DNA from: Octopus bimaculoides
Taxonomy: Eukaryota
Reading direction: 5' to 3'
Length of the DNA: 64,000 nt
Assembly (NCBI RefSeq): GCF_001194135.2
Contig: NC_068993.1
Coordinates: 16,855,548-16,919,547 of the forward strand
Positions 49,455 through 59,815 of the stretch are shown one piece after another. Each line of letters starts with the position of its first letter. Position 1 is the stretch's first letter. The notes under the pieces are model-generated. The model did not search any database. It saw only the letters and a program-made list of their open reading frames with translations, and had not been told where the DNA came from. A program made the position numbers and the translations under genes.

Positions 49455-49720
49455 AATAAACGGAATATAGTTCTATATTTAAGAGATGAGGAATTATGTG
49501 CATTATTTACATTATTTACAATTGACGGATATTTGTCCTCATCTTGTTTGTTGTTAACACAACGTTTCGGCTGATATACCCTCCAAGCCTTCATCAGGTG
49601 TCTTGGAGAAATTTCGAACCTATGGTATTTTTCGATGTTGTTGTTATTATTAGTAATATTATTCAGGTCACTGCTTGGAATCGAACTCGGAATCTTGGGG
49701 GTTAAGAGCATGGGCTACAT
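49455..49720 (-). mobile_element. tRNA-headed SINE-like element carrying a hammerhead ribozyme motif
   Basis: Minus strand: B box GAGTTCGATTCC, (AAT/AAC)n linker, hammerhead motif, then a 3' tail with a TGTAAATAA tandem. Confidence 0.75.
49556..49602 (-). ncRNA. Minimal type I hammerhead ribozyme (Penelope-type, palindromic stem III)
   Basis: Minus strand reads GACAC-CTGATGA-A-GGCT-(13 nt)-AGCC-GAAA-CG-TT-GTGTT. Stem I is GACAC/GTGTT, stem II GGCT/AGCC, and stem III the ACGT palindrome. Predicted cleavage is after GUU between 49561 and 49560. Confidence 0.85.
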
Positions 49721-49779
49721 CTCCCCTTCTAGTGTTTTTTTTTTCCTCTGGGCAGCAATTAATTTTATTTTGCTTTATT

Positions 49780-51206
49780 CACCCCTCCTCCCTTTTTAGA
49801 GTTTTTTTCCAACTTAATATTTTTTCTTTTTGGTGTCTATTTGTAGGAACTCTGTGTTCTTCCTTTTTCTTGCACTTGTACATATAAGTTCAAGCACCTG
49901 TAATGGTGTTGGGACCTGGAATATGTCATACAGCCATTCCATAGTTTCTTCCAATCTGTCTCGTTTATTTTCTATGAATCTCTTCTTTAATTGATTTCTG
50001 TGTCTTTTTCAATACCTTTTCTGCTTTTAATTCTGTACATCATTTTTCTTATGTACTTTGTAATTTTTCCTTCTTCCTAGTATTGTTTTCTGTTTTTATA
50101 CCACATCATGTACACCATATCATCAATTTTGAAAAAATTTGGATTGTCATTCCTGATACTTTTTCTTTCCTCGCCAGGTAACAGTTTATCAAAAACTAAT
50201 TTCACCTTCCTCGTGAACATCAGTTCTACTGGTGAGCTTCCTTCTGGGGTATTGGGGTTCGATGTCACCCTGTATAACCTTAGGAATTGCTGCAGAGCTA
50301 CTTCGTCTGTGACTTCCTTGTTTTCTTTTCTCAAAGCTCTTTTAAAAATGTCCACAAAACACTCTGCCTGTCCATTTGATCTGGGATGGTAAGGTGCTAT
50401 CATTTTATGTTCTACCATGAACATTTCGCAGAATTTTCTAAATTCACTGGACACAAATTGTGTTCCATTATCAGATACAATCATGTGTCTGAGATGCCAG
50501 ATCTTAGGAATAATTTGTGTGAAAAATTGATTTCTGTTTCGGAGGTTGGTCTTTTGCACTTAACAATTTCTAGCCATTTTGTAAAACTGTCGACTACTGC
50601 TAATTAGTAATAACCATTTAACGAACCCGCAAAATTGATATGTGGTCCTTTTACTTCTGGCCAAGGTTGGCAATTTTACTGCCAGAGCACATCCTCTGCA
50701 GCCTTTTATTACATTTTCAACTTCCTTGTCCATCTTTGGCCAATACACATAACTGCGCATAAGTGCTTTTTGATTTTTGCAATCCTTGGATGTCTATTAC
50801 GGAATTCTTTCAACATTCTTTTTTGTAAAGTCTCAGGTATCACTACTCTTTGGCCATACATTAGTACACTTTCGCATGTTGAATATATGTTTACCAGTTG
50901 CTGTTTTTTTTTACCAAACCTATTTTTGTTTTCTTTAGCTAACCACAGAGTTTTTTGGTTTCATTAATGAACTTATCTTTTGATGCGTGTCACTTCATCT
51001 CCTCCAGAGTTATTGGTAACTCTCATACAATGTTCCACATTATGAGTTTAATTTTCCCTTTGACTCTTAGAGCTGCTATTACTGTATCCTCAAATGGTGT
51101 GCCATTTGTGGGTATTAACCTGAATAGGCTATCAGCATATCCTAGCTTTTTCGGAGGTAAATATTCCATTCCATTTCTTTTTACATTAGCAACAGTTTCA
51201 ACTTAA
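49780..51206 (-). pseudogene. Ty3/Gypsy fragment: RNase H end, linker, integrase and PPT
   Basis: Motifs include GYADSLFRL, MRSYVYWPKMDKEVENVIKGCRGC, VDSFTKW, IVSDNGTQFVSSEFRKFC and APYHPRSNGQAECFVDIFKRAL. PPT AAAAAGGGAGGAGGGG (49782-49797) is followed by TG. Confidence 0.95.
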
Positions 51207-51714
51207 CAATGATACTTTGTTGGGTGCATAAAATTGTAACTCCATGCATGTATGATACTTTCAGTCAGAACTATTTTTGCAAAAGTGTCATATGTGGGAC
51301 TTACTACACTTTTGAAAAATTTTAGACTGTTGTACCACACTTTGACAATTTTCATATCTTGGCATCTGAAGATGCGATAGTGTAACCAAAAGAACCGGCA
51401 ATTGCAAGCAAAATAAAAAATTGAAAAAAGCGCATTTGGCCAAATTTGGACATACGATAGTTTAACATAATAAAATGATATGTATTTATTTTTTATCATT
51501 TGTTCACCCACCCCCCATTGTTGGCAATGACCAAGAACATCACATGGGAGACAATGAGATACAGCGTGTTTAGCTGTAGCGTATCAGTCTGATGCATGCT
51601 CAGAAGGCTCTGCCGCAGGTCAGATACTGGTGGTCTGTTGGGACTAGAGGCAAGGAGTTAGGTCTGGACTTGTGTAGTTTACATTTTCTTTGTACGTCTG
51701 CACACAAACACACA

Positions 51715-52115
51715 CACATTTGTGTTGTGTTTGTCGCTTCCCCCACTCCATGCTTGACAACCAGTGTTGGTTTGTCCACATTCCCTGTAACTCAGTGCTT
51801 GGGCAAAAGAGACTGATAGAATAAGTGCTAGGCTTAAAAATAAATACCAGAGTTGATTTATTCAACTAAACCCTTTCGGGCAGTGCCCCAGCATGGCCAT
51901 AGTCCAATGACTGAAACAAGTAAAAGAGGAAAGATATGGTCACAGGAATGGTTGTGTGGGAAGAAAGTCATTCACAACAACAGTATGGTTTCAGCTTCAT
52001 TTCCATAGCTTGGCATGTTGTACAAAGTGTCTGCTACCATACCTTCAGGCTAATCAATTCATTGGAAGTGAAATCTGGTTGACAGAAACTGCACAGTGGC
52101 CCTGTGTATGCATGA
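51715..52115 (+). mobile_element. SINE family A tail (51715-51930) followed by a decayed head (51945-52115)
   Basis: Motif matches. Confidence 0.75.
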
Positions 52116-53448
52116 CTACTAAATGTTACAGAATTTTGAGATTTAAAAGTGATAAAATAAATAAATGAATAAATCAACTGATTCTTATCAAACCTTTCTG
52201 CTGCCAATATTAACCCTTTATTTTCACAGTTTTCACAGCCCATGGAATATTTTGGGAATCTACTCTTCAACTGCTGTTGATATATTATCACATTGATGTA
52301 GCACACTACTCCCTCTTGATTTCTCTTCTCTCCAATCCAACCGTGTAATAAATAAGATACAATATTTCCAGTGAGGACAAGATCTGTCTTCACTGGATAT
52401 GCCAAACAACCCCCAAATCACTGATCAAATAGCTTAAATTACCCATCAAAGCAAATAGCTTGCCACAGAGAGATGTCTTTTTTCTCTCTCTCCCCCACTT
52501 CACTCTTGTAAGCAACACTCTGATAATCTCTTTAGATAAATATACATACTTTTCACTGAACATTCATTATTGCTTTCAACAACTTAGTTTAAAAAATAGC
52601 TTTCTTTCAATACTCTGCCAGCTATTGGTATTTCATCATGTTGCTGTTATCTCAACTTCCATGTAGTTTCAGCATTACCAGAATTCCAATTTATAATATG
52701 GGGGAGGGTGTCCTGAGTAACTCTATATATTCATCTTCCTGAAGAAAGCTGAGACTGATATTTATCAACCATACCCGTCTTTTGGGATACTTCTATTATA
52801 GAGCTTCTTTTAAAAAACAACTCTTTTTTTTTTCTCTTTTAATTGTACAATTTTATTTCTTCCCAAAACTCCAAGCAAAGGATGTTATTCATACTGGAAA
52901 CATGGTCAGGCTTTCCAGTGAAATATTTTCTTTTTATCTTTAATTTCTTTTCCTGGTGCTTGGAAAGTAAAATGTAACTTCAGTTTCCACATTATATATG
53001 TGTGTGTGTGCATATGTTACTTCAAACATAGAACCTGAAGATGGCAGAATATACCATGACAAATAATGACATAAGTGCATGAACAGCATATCTTTGTTTT
53101 TCAATGTAATGATGTTAAGAGTTCTGAGTCACTAATTATTATTTCTTAAAAATTATTTCATTTTCTCATACAAATATCAGGACAAATAGTGTCACCTTTT
53201 ATGACCAGAAGTATCCATCAAATAGAGATTAAACCCCCTCCCCTCAATGACTTTGGTAAATGAAGTGTCCATGCTTTTTATTTTTCATTCAAGATTCCTT
53301 AGAAGTGAGAAATAACTTTTTTTATTGGACTACCAAAGTTATTACTTTACAAATTTTTAGTTTACAATAGCGAGTTGACACCTGTACATCTTCGTTACTC
53401 ATATTTTATTTACCTAACTTGGAATCTGCACTCAGAAATACTATAGAA

Positions 53449-53625
53449 AGTACCCTTATAAAAAGTACATGTCTGAATACCAAGAGGGGATGTCTTCACT
53501 TAGCTGGGTTGCCTTGTCTGCACACAGAGTAGGAATATCAGGTACAAACACCTCTGCACTGAGTCTTGATATTCAATGTTCAATTAATATTGTTTGGGTG
53601 TGCAGATTATGCTGACCTAGCAAAT
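53449..53625 (+). repeat. Unclassified ~180-bp block, copy 2
   Basis: Aligns with 38913-39090. Confidence 0.85.
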
Positions 53626-53640
53626 CTTAATTATATATAT

Positions 53641-53953
53641 TTATTTATTTCTGTGCCCTTTTTAAAGCCAAGCCAGGCTCATGGGCCTGGTTCCCCGGTT
53701 TCTGTAGCATATGTGTTCCCCCCCAACTGGACAGGACGCCAGTCCATCGCAGTGTTACTCAAGAAACAGGAAGAAAATGTGAAAGTTGGGGCAAAAGAGA
53801 ACAACAGGGGTCGCCACCACCCCCTGCCACAGCCTTGTGGAGTTTTAGGTGTTTCCACTCAATAAACGCACACAACGCCCGGTCTGGGAATCAAAACTGT
53901 GATCCTCCAACCGCGAGGCCACTGCCCTAACCACTGGGCCATTGCACCTCCAC
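53641..53953 (-). mobile_element. SINE with family C head and an alternative V-domain-like 3' half, 12-bp TSD
   Basis: The 5' ~190 nt match family C. The 3' half begins CTGCGATGGACTGGCGTCCTGTCCAG. It has a (TAAA)n tail and TSD AATTATATATAT at 53629-53640 and 53954-53965. Confidence 0.9.
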
Positions 53954-54193
53954 AATTATATATATGTGCATTTTCTGTGATGATTTGAGATGTGGTGATG
54001 AGTTACAATTCTGTAAATAATAATGTTCTATAAGTGATCGCCATGTATTGACTAAAGAAAATAGTCTAATATTGGGGCATATAAGCCCTCAACAGAAAAA
54101 AGTGGGTTTTCTGTACGTGGTACTTGAACCCACACCTCTATATATTTGTGATAAGTATGCTGCCATTTACACCAACATAATATATATATATAT

Positions 54194-54745
54194 CATCATC
54201 ATCATCATTTAATGTCCATTGTCCATGCTGGCATGGGCTGGCAAGCTAGAAGGCTGCACCAGACTCCGGTCTGATTTGGCATGGTTTCTACAGTTGGATG
54301 CCCTTCCTAACACCAACCACTCCAAAAGTGTAATGTGTGTTTTTACATGCCACCAGCATGGGTGGCATTTGCATGACACCAGTATCTGACCAACTGCAAT
54401 TTTACTTGGCTTGATGGGTCTTCTTCTCACAGCATAATGCCAAAGGTTTCGGTCATTCATCATTGCCTCTGTGAGGCCCAACACACGAAAGGAGCTTTTC
54501 AAGTGCCATCAGCATCGGCCACTTTGCCTCAATGAGGCCCAACACTCAAAAGGTGCTTTTTATGTGCCACCAGCACAGTTACGTGACACCAGCATCGGCC
54601 ACAACTATGATTTCACTTCGTTTGACAGGTTTTCTCAAGCACAGAAAATCGCCAAAGGTTTTGGCCACTAGTCATTGTCTCTGTAAGGCCCAAAGTTCAA
54701 AGGTCGTGCTTCACCATCTCGTCCCATGTCTTCCTGAGTTCAAAC
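54194..54745 (-). mobile_element. RTE LINE 3' end with three tandem derivatives of the ORF2 C-terminus
   Basis: Minus-strand frames give RKTWDEMVKHDL*TLGLTETMT, then RVLGLIEAK, then FRVLGLTEAMMNDRNLWHYAV, followed by the standard (GAT)n tail. Confidence 0.85.
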
Positions 54746-55617
54746 AATGCAGGGACAAACGAAATGCTGCTAAGCTTACAATCCTGCTGGTTCACTGCCT
54801 TATTGGCATATCAGATATTTATATTGCATTTGAAAAGGAAAAATACGAACCAAGAAACAAATAACATTAAGTTGGTGCAAAGACTGAGATGATGAAATTT
54901 ATTGAATAAAAAAAAAATAAAGTGTCTTCTCAAATGTTCCTGTTGGGAAGAAAAGAAAAAGGAGAGAAAAAATAACAAGCAGTTTAATTAGAAAGACTAA
55001 TTAACAAAGAGTGGGTAGGCAGGTAATCCTTTAATTTAGCAGCATCCAGCTATAATTTTTATTTTATTTACACCTGATGCATTAAATCTTGCTGGGTTTG
55101 AACTCAGCAATGCAAATTAATGAAACAGTTTCGGTAGTGAATCATACTTAGCCATGGCATCTATTCTCAGTCAAATGATCTGTCTTACTGAGAGCAGACA
55201 ATGTGCAACAAGACGTACAAGATAGAAAAGTGTCAAACCTTCAAACCATCGCTAGTTTCTGTAGATTCTACAGTTTCAGCTCAGCCATAGAGATTAAGTT
55301 AGCCCCTTGTTGTCTAAGCCAACTGTCAGATCCTATTATCATAATCAATATTAATGTTTGAACCTTTAAACATATACTTTATTGATGGAAGAAAGAGGTT
55401 ATATATATTTTCCAAGTTCCACATTATATATCCATTTCAATCAAGAAACAAATGTCGTAACCAATTATATATCATGTCATGATAACCAAACTCTTGCTAT
55501 TTAAAATGGACAGAATCACCACATTATACGGAAATAAACTTTAGCAGGTCAGCTTGGCCACAGATAGTTTTTATCAGGTGACCAAAGTGAAATACTATAG
55601 AATACACAAAACTCTGG

Positions 55618-55815
55618 GCTGTTGTTGTTGTTGTTGTTGTTTTGTGACAGGTCAGTATTGGTTCTGCAAACCTATGATCAAATTAAGTCCAACCATGACC
55701 ATCTAGACTTTTTCCTCAGCATAATGCATGCAAGACCACATTGTGCAATGTATGTGATTTGAGGTAGACTTAGATGCTATTTCTTGTAGGAGCAAATGGC
55801 CATATAGAGGATCTG
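55618..55815 (-). repeat. Family E repeat
   Basis: (GTT)n followed by CCTATGATCAA..CCAACCATGACCATC and GATTTGAGG..GCTATTTCT. Confidence 0.65.
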
Positions 55816-56469
55816 TCTCATAAATTTTAGTCTATACAGACCATTAGTTTTTAATTTATGCTGTTAACATAGAGCAAAAATGAAATTATTAGTTGAAAAG
55901 ATGAAAGCCCTTGTTTTAAGAAACAAAATGCTTATCCCAAACAAAATGCTTATCAGAAAGGGATTAGAGTAAAGGGTTTGATAGGTCAGTTTTGCTTTTT
56001 ATTCTTCTGGGGTTTTAAAAACAAAGTGTGTGTATATATGTTTGTGCGTGTATGTGCGCGTGTGTATTTATATATATATATATGAATTTCAGTTGAGTAA
56101 GCTTACAGTTAACCCCCCCCCCTACACACACACACACATACATACTCTGGCAGAACTAACTTTATGCTAAGACAGAGAGAAAACCCCTTATCTTTGTTCT
56201 TCGTTATTTTAATGGATTTGACCAGCCGTTAACTCTCATGATGCTACGTGAAGAAATAAATTGATTGTGTTAATGTACATTAGAGTATAAAATAAATGTG
56301 CTTACGTTTTACTTTCTAACAAGAATTATTTTTAATGTCTTCGCTTACTTAAGAGAACAATTCTGTAATAAACTGATTAATTCAGTTGGAGATAGTTGCA
56401 AGAACGGGAGGAGGGAGGGAGCGGGGATAGTTAATATTTAACATAGCAGACATGTAGCAAATGGTAAAA

Positions 56470-57040
56470 CTTCTTTCTTCTTCATCTCTTCTCTTTTCCT
56501 CCTCCTCCTCTTCTTCTTCTTTTTCTTCTTCTTCTTCCATATTTTTACTTCTCCCTTCTCTCTTCTTCTTTCATATTCTTCTTCACCTCTCTTCTTCTTC
56601 TTCTTCTTCCATATTTTTTCTTCTCCCTTCTCTCTTCTTCTTTCATATTCTTCTTCACCTCTCTTCTTCTTCTTCTTCTTCTTCTTCTTCTTCTTCTCTA
56701 TTCTCTCTTTCATATTCTTTATTCTTTTTCTTTCATATTCTTCCTCTTTTCTTCACCTTCTCCTCCTCCTCCTTTTGTCTTCTTTTTCTTCTCTCATCTT
56801 TCATATCCTGCTGCCTTCACATTCTCCTTCCTCTCTTCTTCTTCACATTCTCCTTGTTTACCTTTTTCTTCCTCTCTTCTTTGCCTTCTTCCATATTCTT
56901 TTTCTTCTCTCATCTTTCATATTCTTCTACCTTCATATTCTTCCTCTCTTTTTCACCTTCTTCTTCTTCTTCTTCTTCTTCAACATCTTCTTCTTCTTCT
57001 TCTTCTTCTTCTTCCTCCTCCTCCCATCATATTCTTCATT
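56470..57040. repeat. Compound (CTT)n polypyrimidine tract with internal ~60-70-bp duplications
   Basis: About 570 bp almost free of G, punctuated by CATATT. The segment around 56520-56590 repeats at about 56590-56660. Confidence 0.9.
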
Positions 57041-57362
57041 CACTGACATAAACCTTATTGAGTTAATCAAAACTAATTCATTCTAAATATTATTAACTAC
57101 TGAAATACAAGAGTGTGAAGGAATTTGGAACTTTGTGGAGGAAAAAATTATGTTTACCCTATCAGACATTAGGCACCATGTTGGTTCATTTTGTTCTTTG
57201 CAAGCGATGGAAGTGTGTGGCGCTGCCTCTCGTTTATCCTCTGCATCTCTGCTTCCTTCATTTTCCTTTTTTTTCTTCTTTTTTCTCTATTTTATTACTG
57301 TATTTCATTTGTTTTGTTATTGTTATTGCTGTGATGTTTTTGTTTTATTTCTTGCTTATATT

Positions 57363-57460
<98 letters not shown>

Positions 57461-57944
57461 CTTTTTTATATCTGTCTTTTAGTTGCCATTAGTTCCAATA
57501 TGGGAATGTTAAAATAAATAAATAATGTATAAAAAAAAACCTCTTTGATAGAACAAAAATAAAGCCAAAATTATCTTTATTTTTGGTGTCTTTATACATA
57601 TACATATACATGCATGCAAACATACATACATACATATATGTATAAATATATATATGCATATATAAGTGTGTGTGTGTTTGTGTGTAGATAGATGTATGGA
57701 TATAGATATGTAGATATATATGCTCTCTTTTGTTTCATAGTTTCTCTAAGAACTCCCATTTGCTGATTGGATTTTCATCCAAATAAAGAGTTGTTATATG
57801 AGAAAAATAACCATGTAATCAATGTGGCAGAAGCTCAATCGTTAGGGATGTCTGTACAGTATCTCAGTTAGCAAAGAAATTATGTGATGTTGTACCAATT
57901 TAATCTATTCCTTCTTTTTTCTTATGGCTTCAGTCTGTGTTTGG

Positions 57945-58300
57945 TTGTTGTTGTTGTTGTTGTTGCCCTGACTGAGTTTGGGCTATGATCAATGTGTCCA
58001 TTTCATTGTTATTATTTTCTTTCTTTTTTTTTTTTGTTTGTTTGTTTGCTTTTAAGACTGTAGTGTGGGATTAGAGGAAAATTTGACTGCTATTTCTCAC
58101 AAGCTTAATCAACTCATAGAGGTTCTTTTGCTGGTGCATTTCTGTGTCCCCAGGTCAACTTTGACAGAGCAACCAAACCAGGGCCATTCCAGCATTAGCA
58201 ACATTGTCTTTATTATCTTTTATATGATGATAAAGTGAGATTTGCAAGAGATTTGGTTGTTATTTCTAGCAAGCTGAGTGGCACATAGAGATTCTCTCAC
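57945..58300 (-). repeat. Two tandem family E repeats
   Basis: (GTT)n, GATTTGGTTGTTATTTCTAGCAAG and CATAGAG motifs. Confidence 0.6.
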
Positions 58301-58371
58301 CTGCTGTTGGTGGTGTTTTCTCTTTTCCCCAAAATCAAACTTTTCAGAACAAATGCCTAAAAACTTCCAGT

Positions 58372-58750
58372 AGGGTGCAGGCATGGCTGTATGGTAAGAA
58401 ACTTGCTTCCCAATCACATGGTTCTGGGTTCAATTCCACTGCGTAGTACTTTGGGCAAGTGTCTTCTACTATAGCCCTGGGCCGACCAAATCCTTGTGAG
58501 TGGATTTGGTAGACAGAAACTAAAAGAAGCTCATCATATATATATGTGTGTGTGTGTGTGTATACCCCCCACCCCATCGCTTGACAACTGGTGCTGTTTA
58601 CATCCCCATAAATTAGTGGTTCAGCAAAAGAGGCCGATAGAATAAGTACCAGACTTTAAAAGAAAGTACTGAGGTTGATTCATTTGACTAAAAAACGCTC
58701 CAGCATGGCTGCAGTCTAATGACTGACACAAGTAAAAGATAAAAGAAAAG
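58372..58750 (+). mobile_element. SINE family A
   Basis: Complete head, core-like motif and tail. Confidence 0.9.
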
Positions 58751-59369
58751 AAAAAATTTGTCTTTTCCTTTAAGGGATGCAAATAAATTCTTGTCTTTAT
58801 GTTAGTGTATTGTTCTATCAATACTTACTTTTTAAAAATTGAAATAATACTGAATAATAATGCAGCTTTTAAAGTTAGAGTATCCATGGTAATGGTGGGA
58901 CTGTTATTGTTGTTTGACCCTTGTTTGGTTTAAGAGTAGTCTTTATAATTTTTGTTGTTATATTAGCCCCTAACTCATCTCTGATTAAACAGACATCTGA
59001 TCAGGAGCAATCGAACCATGACCATCTCAACTTTTTTCAGATACAGTCTTCCTTGGATTATGCTATCTAGTGTGTTTTTTCATAGTCTCTGACACTACTG
59101 GAAAGAAAAGAGGAAATTGTCCTCAAGCCNNNNNNNNNNNNNNNNNNNNNNNNNNNNNNNNNNNNNNNNNNNNNNNNNNNNNNNNNNNNNNNNNNNNNNN
59201 NNNNNNNNNNNNNNNNNNNNNATTCTTGTCTTTATGTTAGTGTATTGTTCTATCAATACTTACTTTTTAAAAATTGATTGAAACAAAGTTGGTATATTTC
59301 AACAGAAATATGGGAACAAAAGGGTTAACCCTTTAGCATTCACATTATTCAATCAATATTTAATGCTTA

Positions 59370-59586
59370 AGGTGGTGAGCTGGCAGAAACGTTAGCACGC
59401 CGGGTGAAATGCTTAGTGGTATTTTGTCTGTCTTTATGTTCCGAGTTCAAATTTTGCCGAGGTTGACTTTGCCTTTCATCCTTTCGGGGTCGATAAATTA
59501 AGTACCAGCTGCGTACTAGGGTCGATCTAATCGACTGGCCCACTCCCCAAATATTTCAGGCTTTGTGGCTAGAGTAGAAAAGAAGA
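59370..59586 (+). mobile_element. SINE family B (young), Meta/MESC-like domain
   Basis: GGTGAGCTGGCAGAA head, GAGTTCAAAT B box and GCCTTTCATCCTTTCGGGGTCGATAAATTAAGTACCAG. TSD TTAAT(G/A)CTTA at 59360-59369 and 59587-59596. Confidence 0.92.
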
Positions 59587-59611
59587 TTAATACTTATTTA
59601 TTCACATCAAT

Positions 59612-59815
59612 CATCTTCATCGATTAACATTCGCCTTCCATGCTGACATGTGTTGGACGGGCGGTTTGACAGGAGCTGGATGCTCTTCCTAACATCAGCC
59701 ACCCAGCAGGGTGGACAGAGTGCTTTTTACATGGCACAAGCACAGGTGAGGTCAGTTTTGGCATGGATTTTACACCTGGATGCCCTTCCAAATGCCAACC
59801 ACTTTACAGTGTGGA
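59612..59815 (-). mobile_element. RTE 3' tail
   Basis: TTCCATGCTGACATG and GGATGCCCTTCCAAATGCCAACCAC motifs. Confidence 0.75.

Noticed and set aside
53030-53075. CTGAAGA-TGG..CCA-TGACAAA hammerhead-like motif
   Set aside because: The GAAA core is broken and no stem I or III pairing was found. At best it is a heavily decayed relic.
56438-57086. Lys/Glu/Arg-rich and Ser/Phe-rich ORFs
   Set aside because: They are translations of the (CTT)n low-complexity tract, with no coding signal.
58789-59278. Identical ~57-bp sequence on both sides of the 59131-59221 gap
   Set aside because: Most likely a contig-end overlap or assembly artefact rather than a biological duplication.
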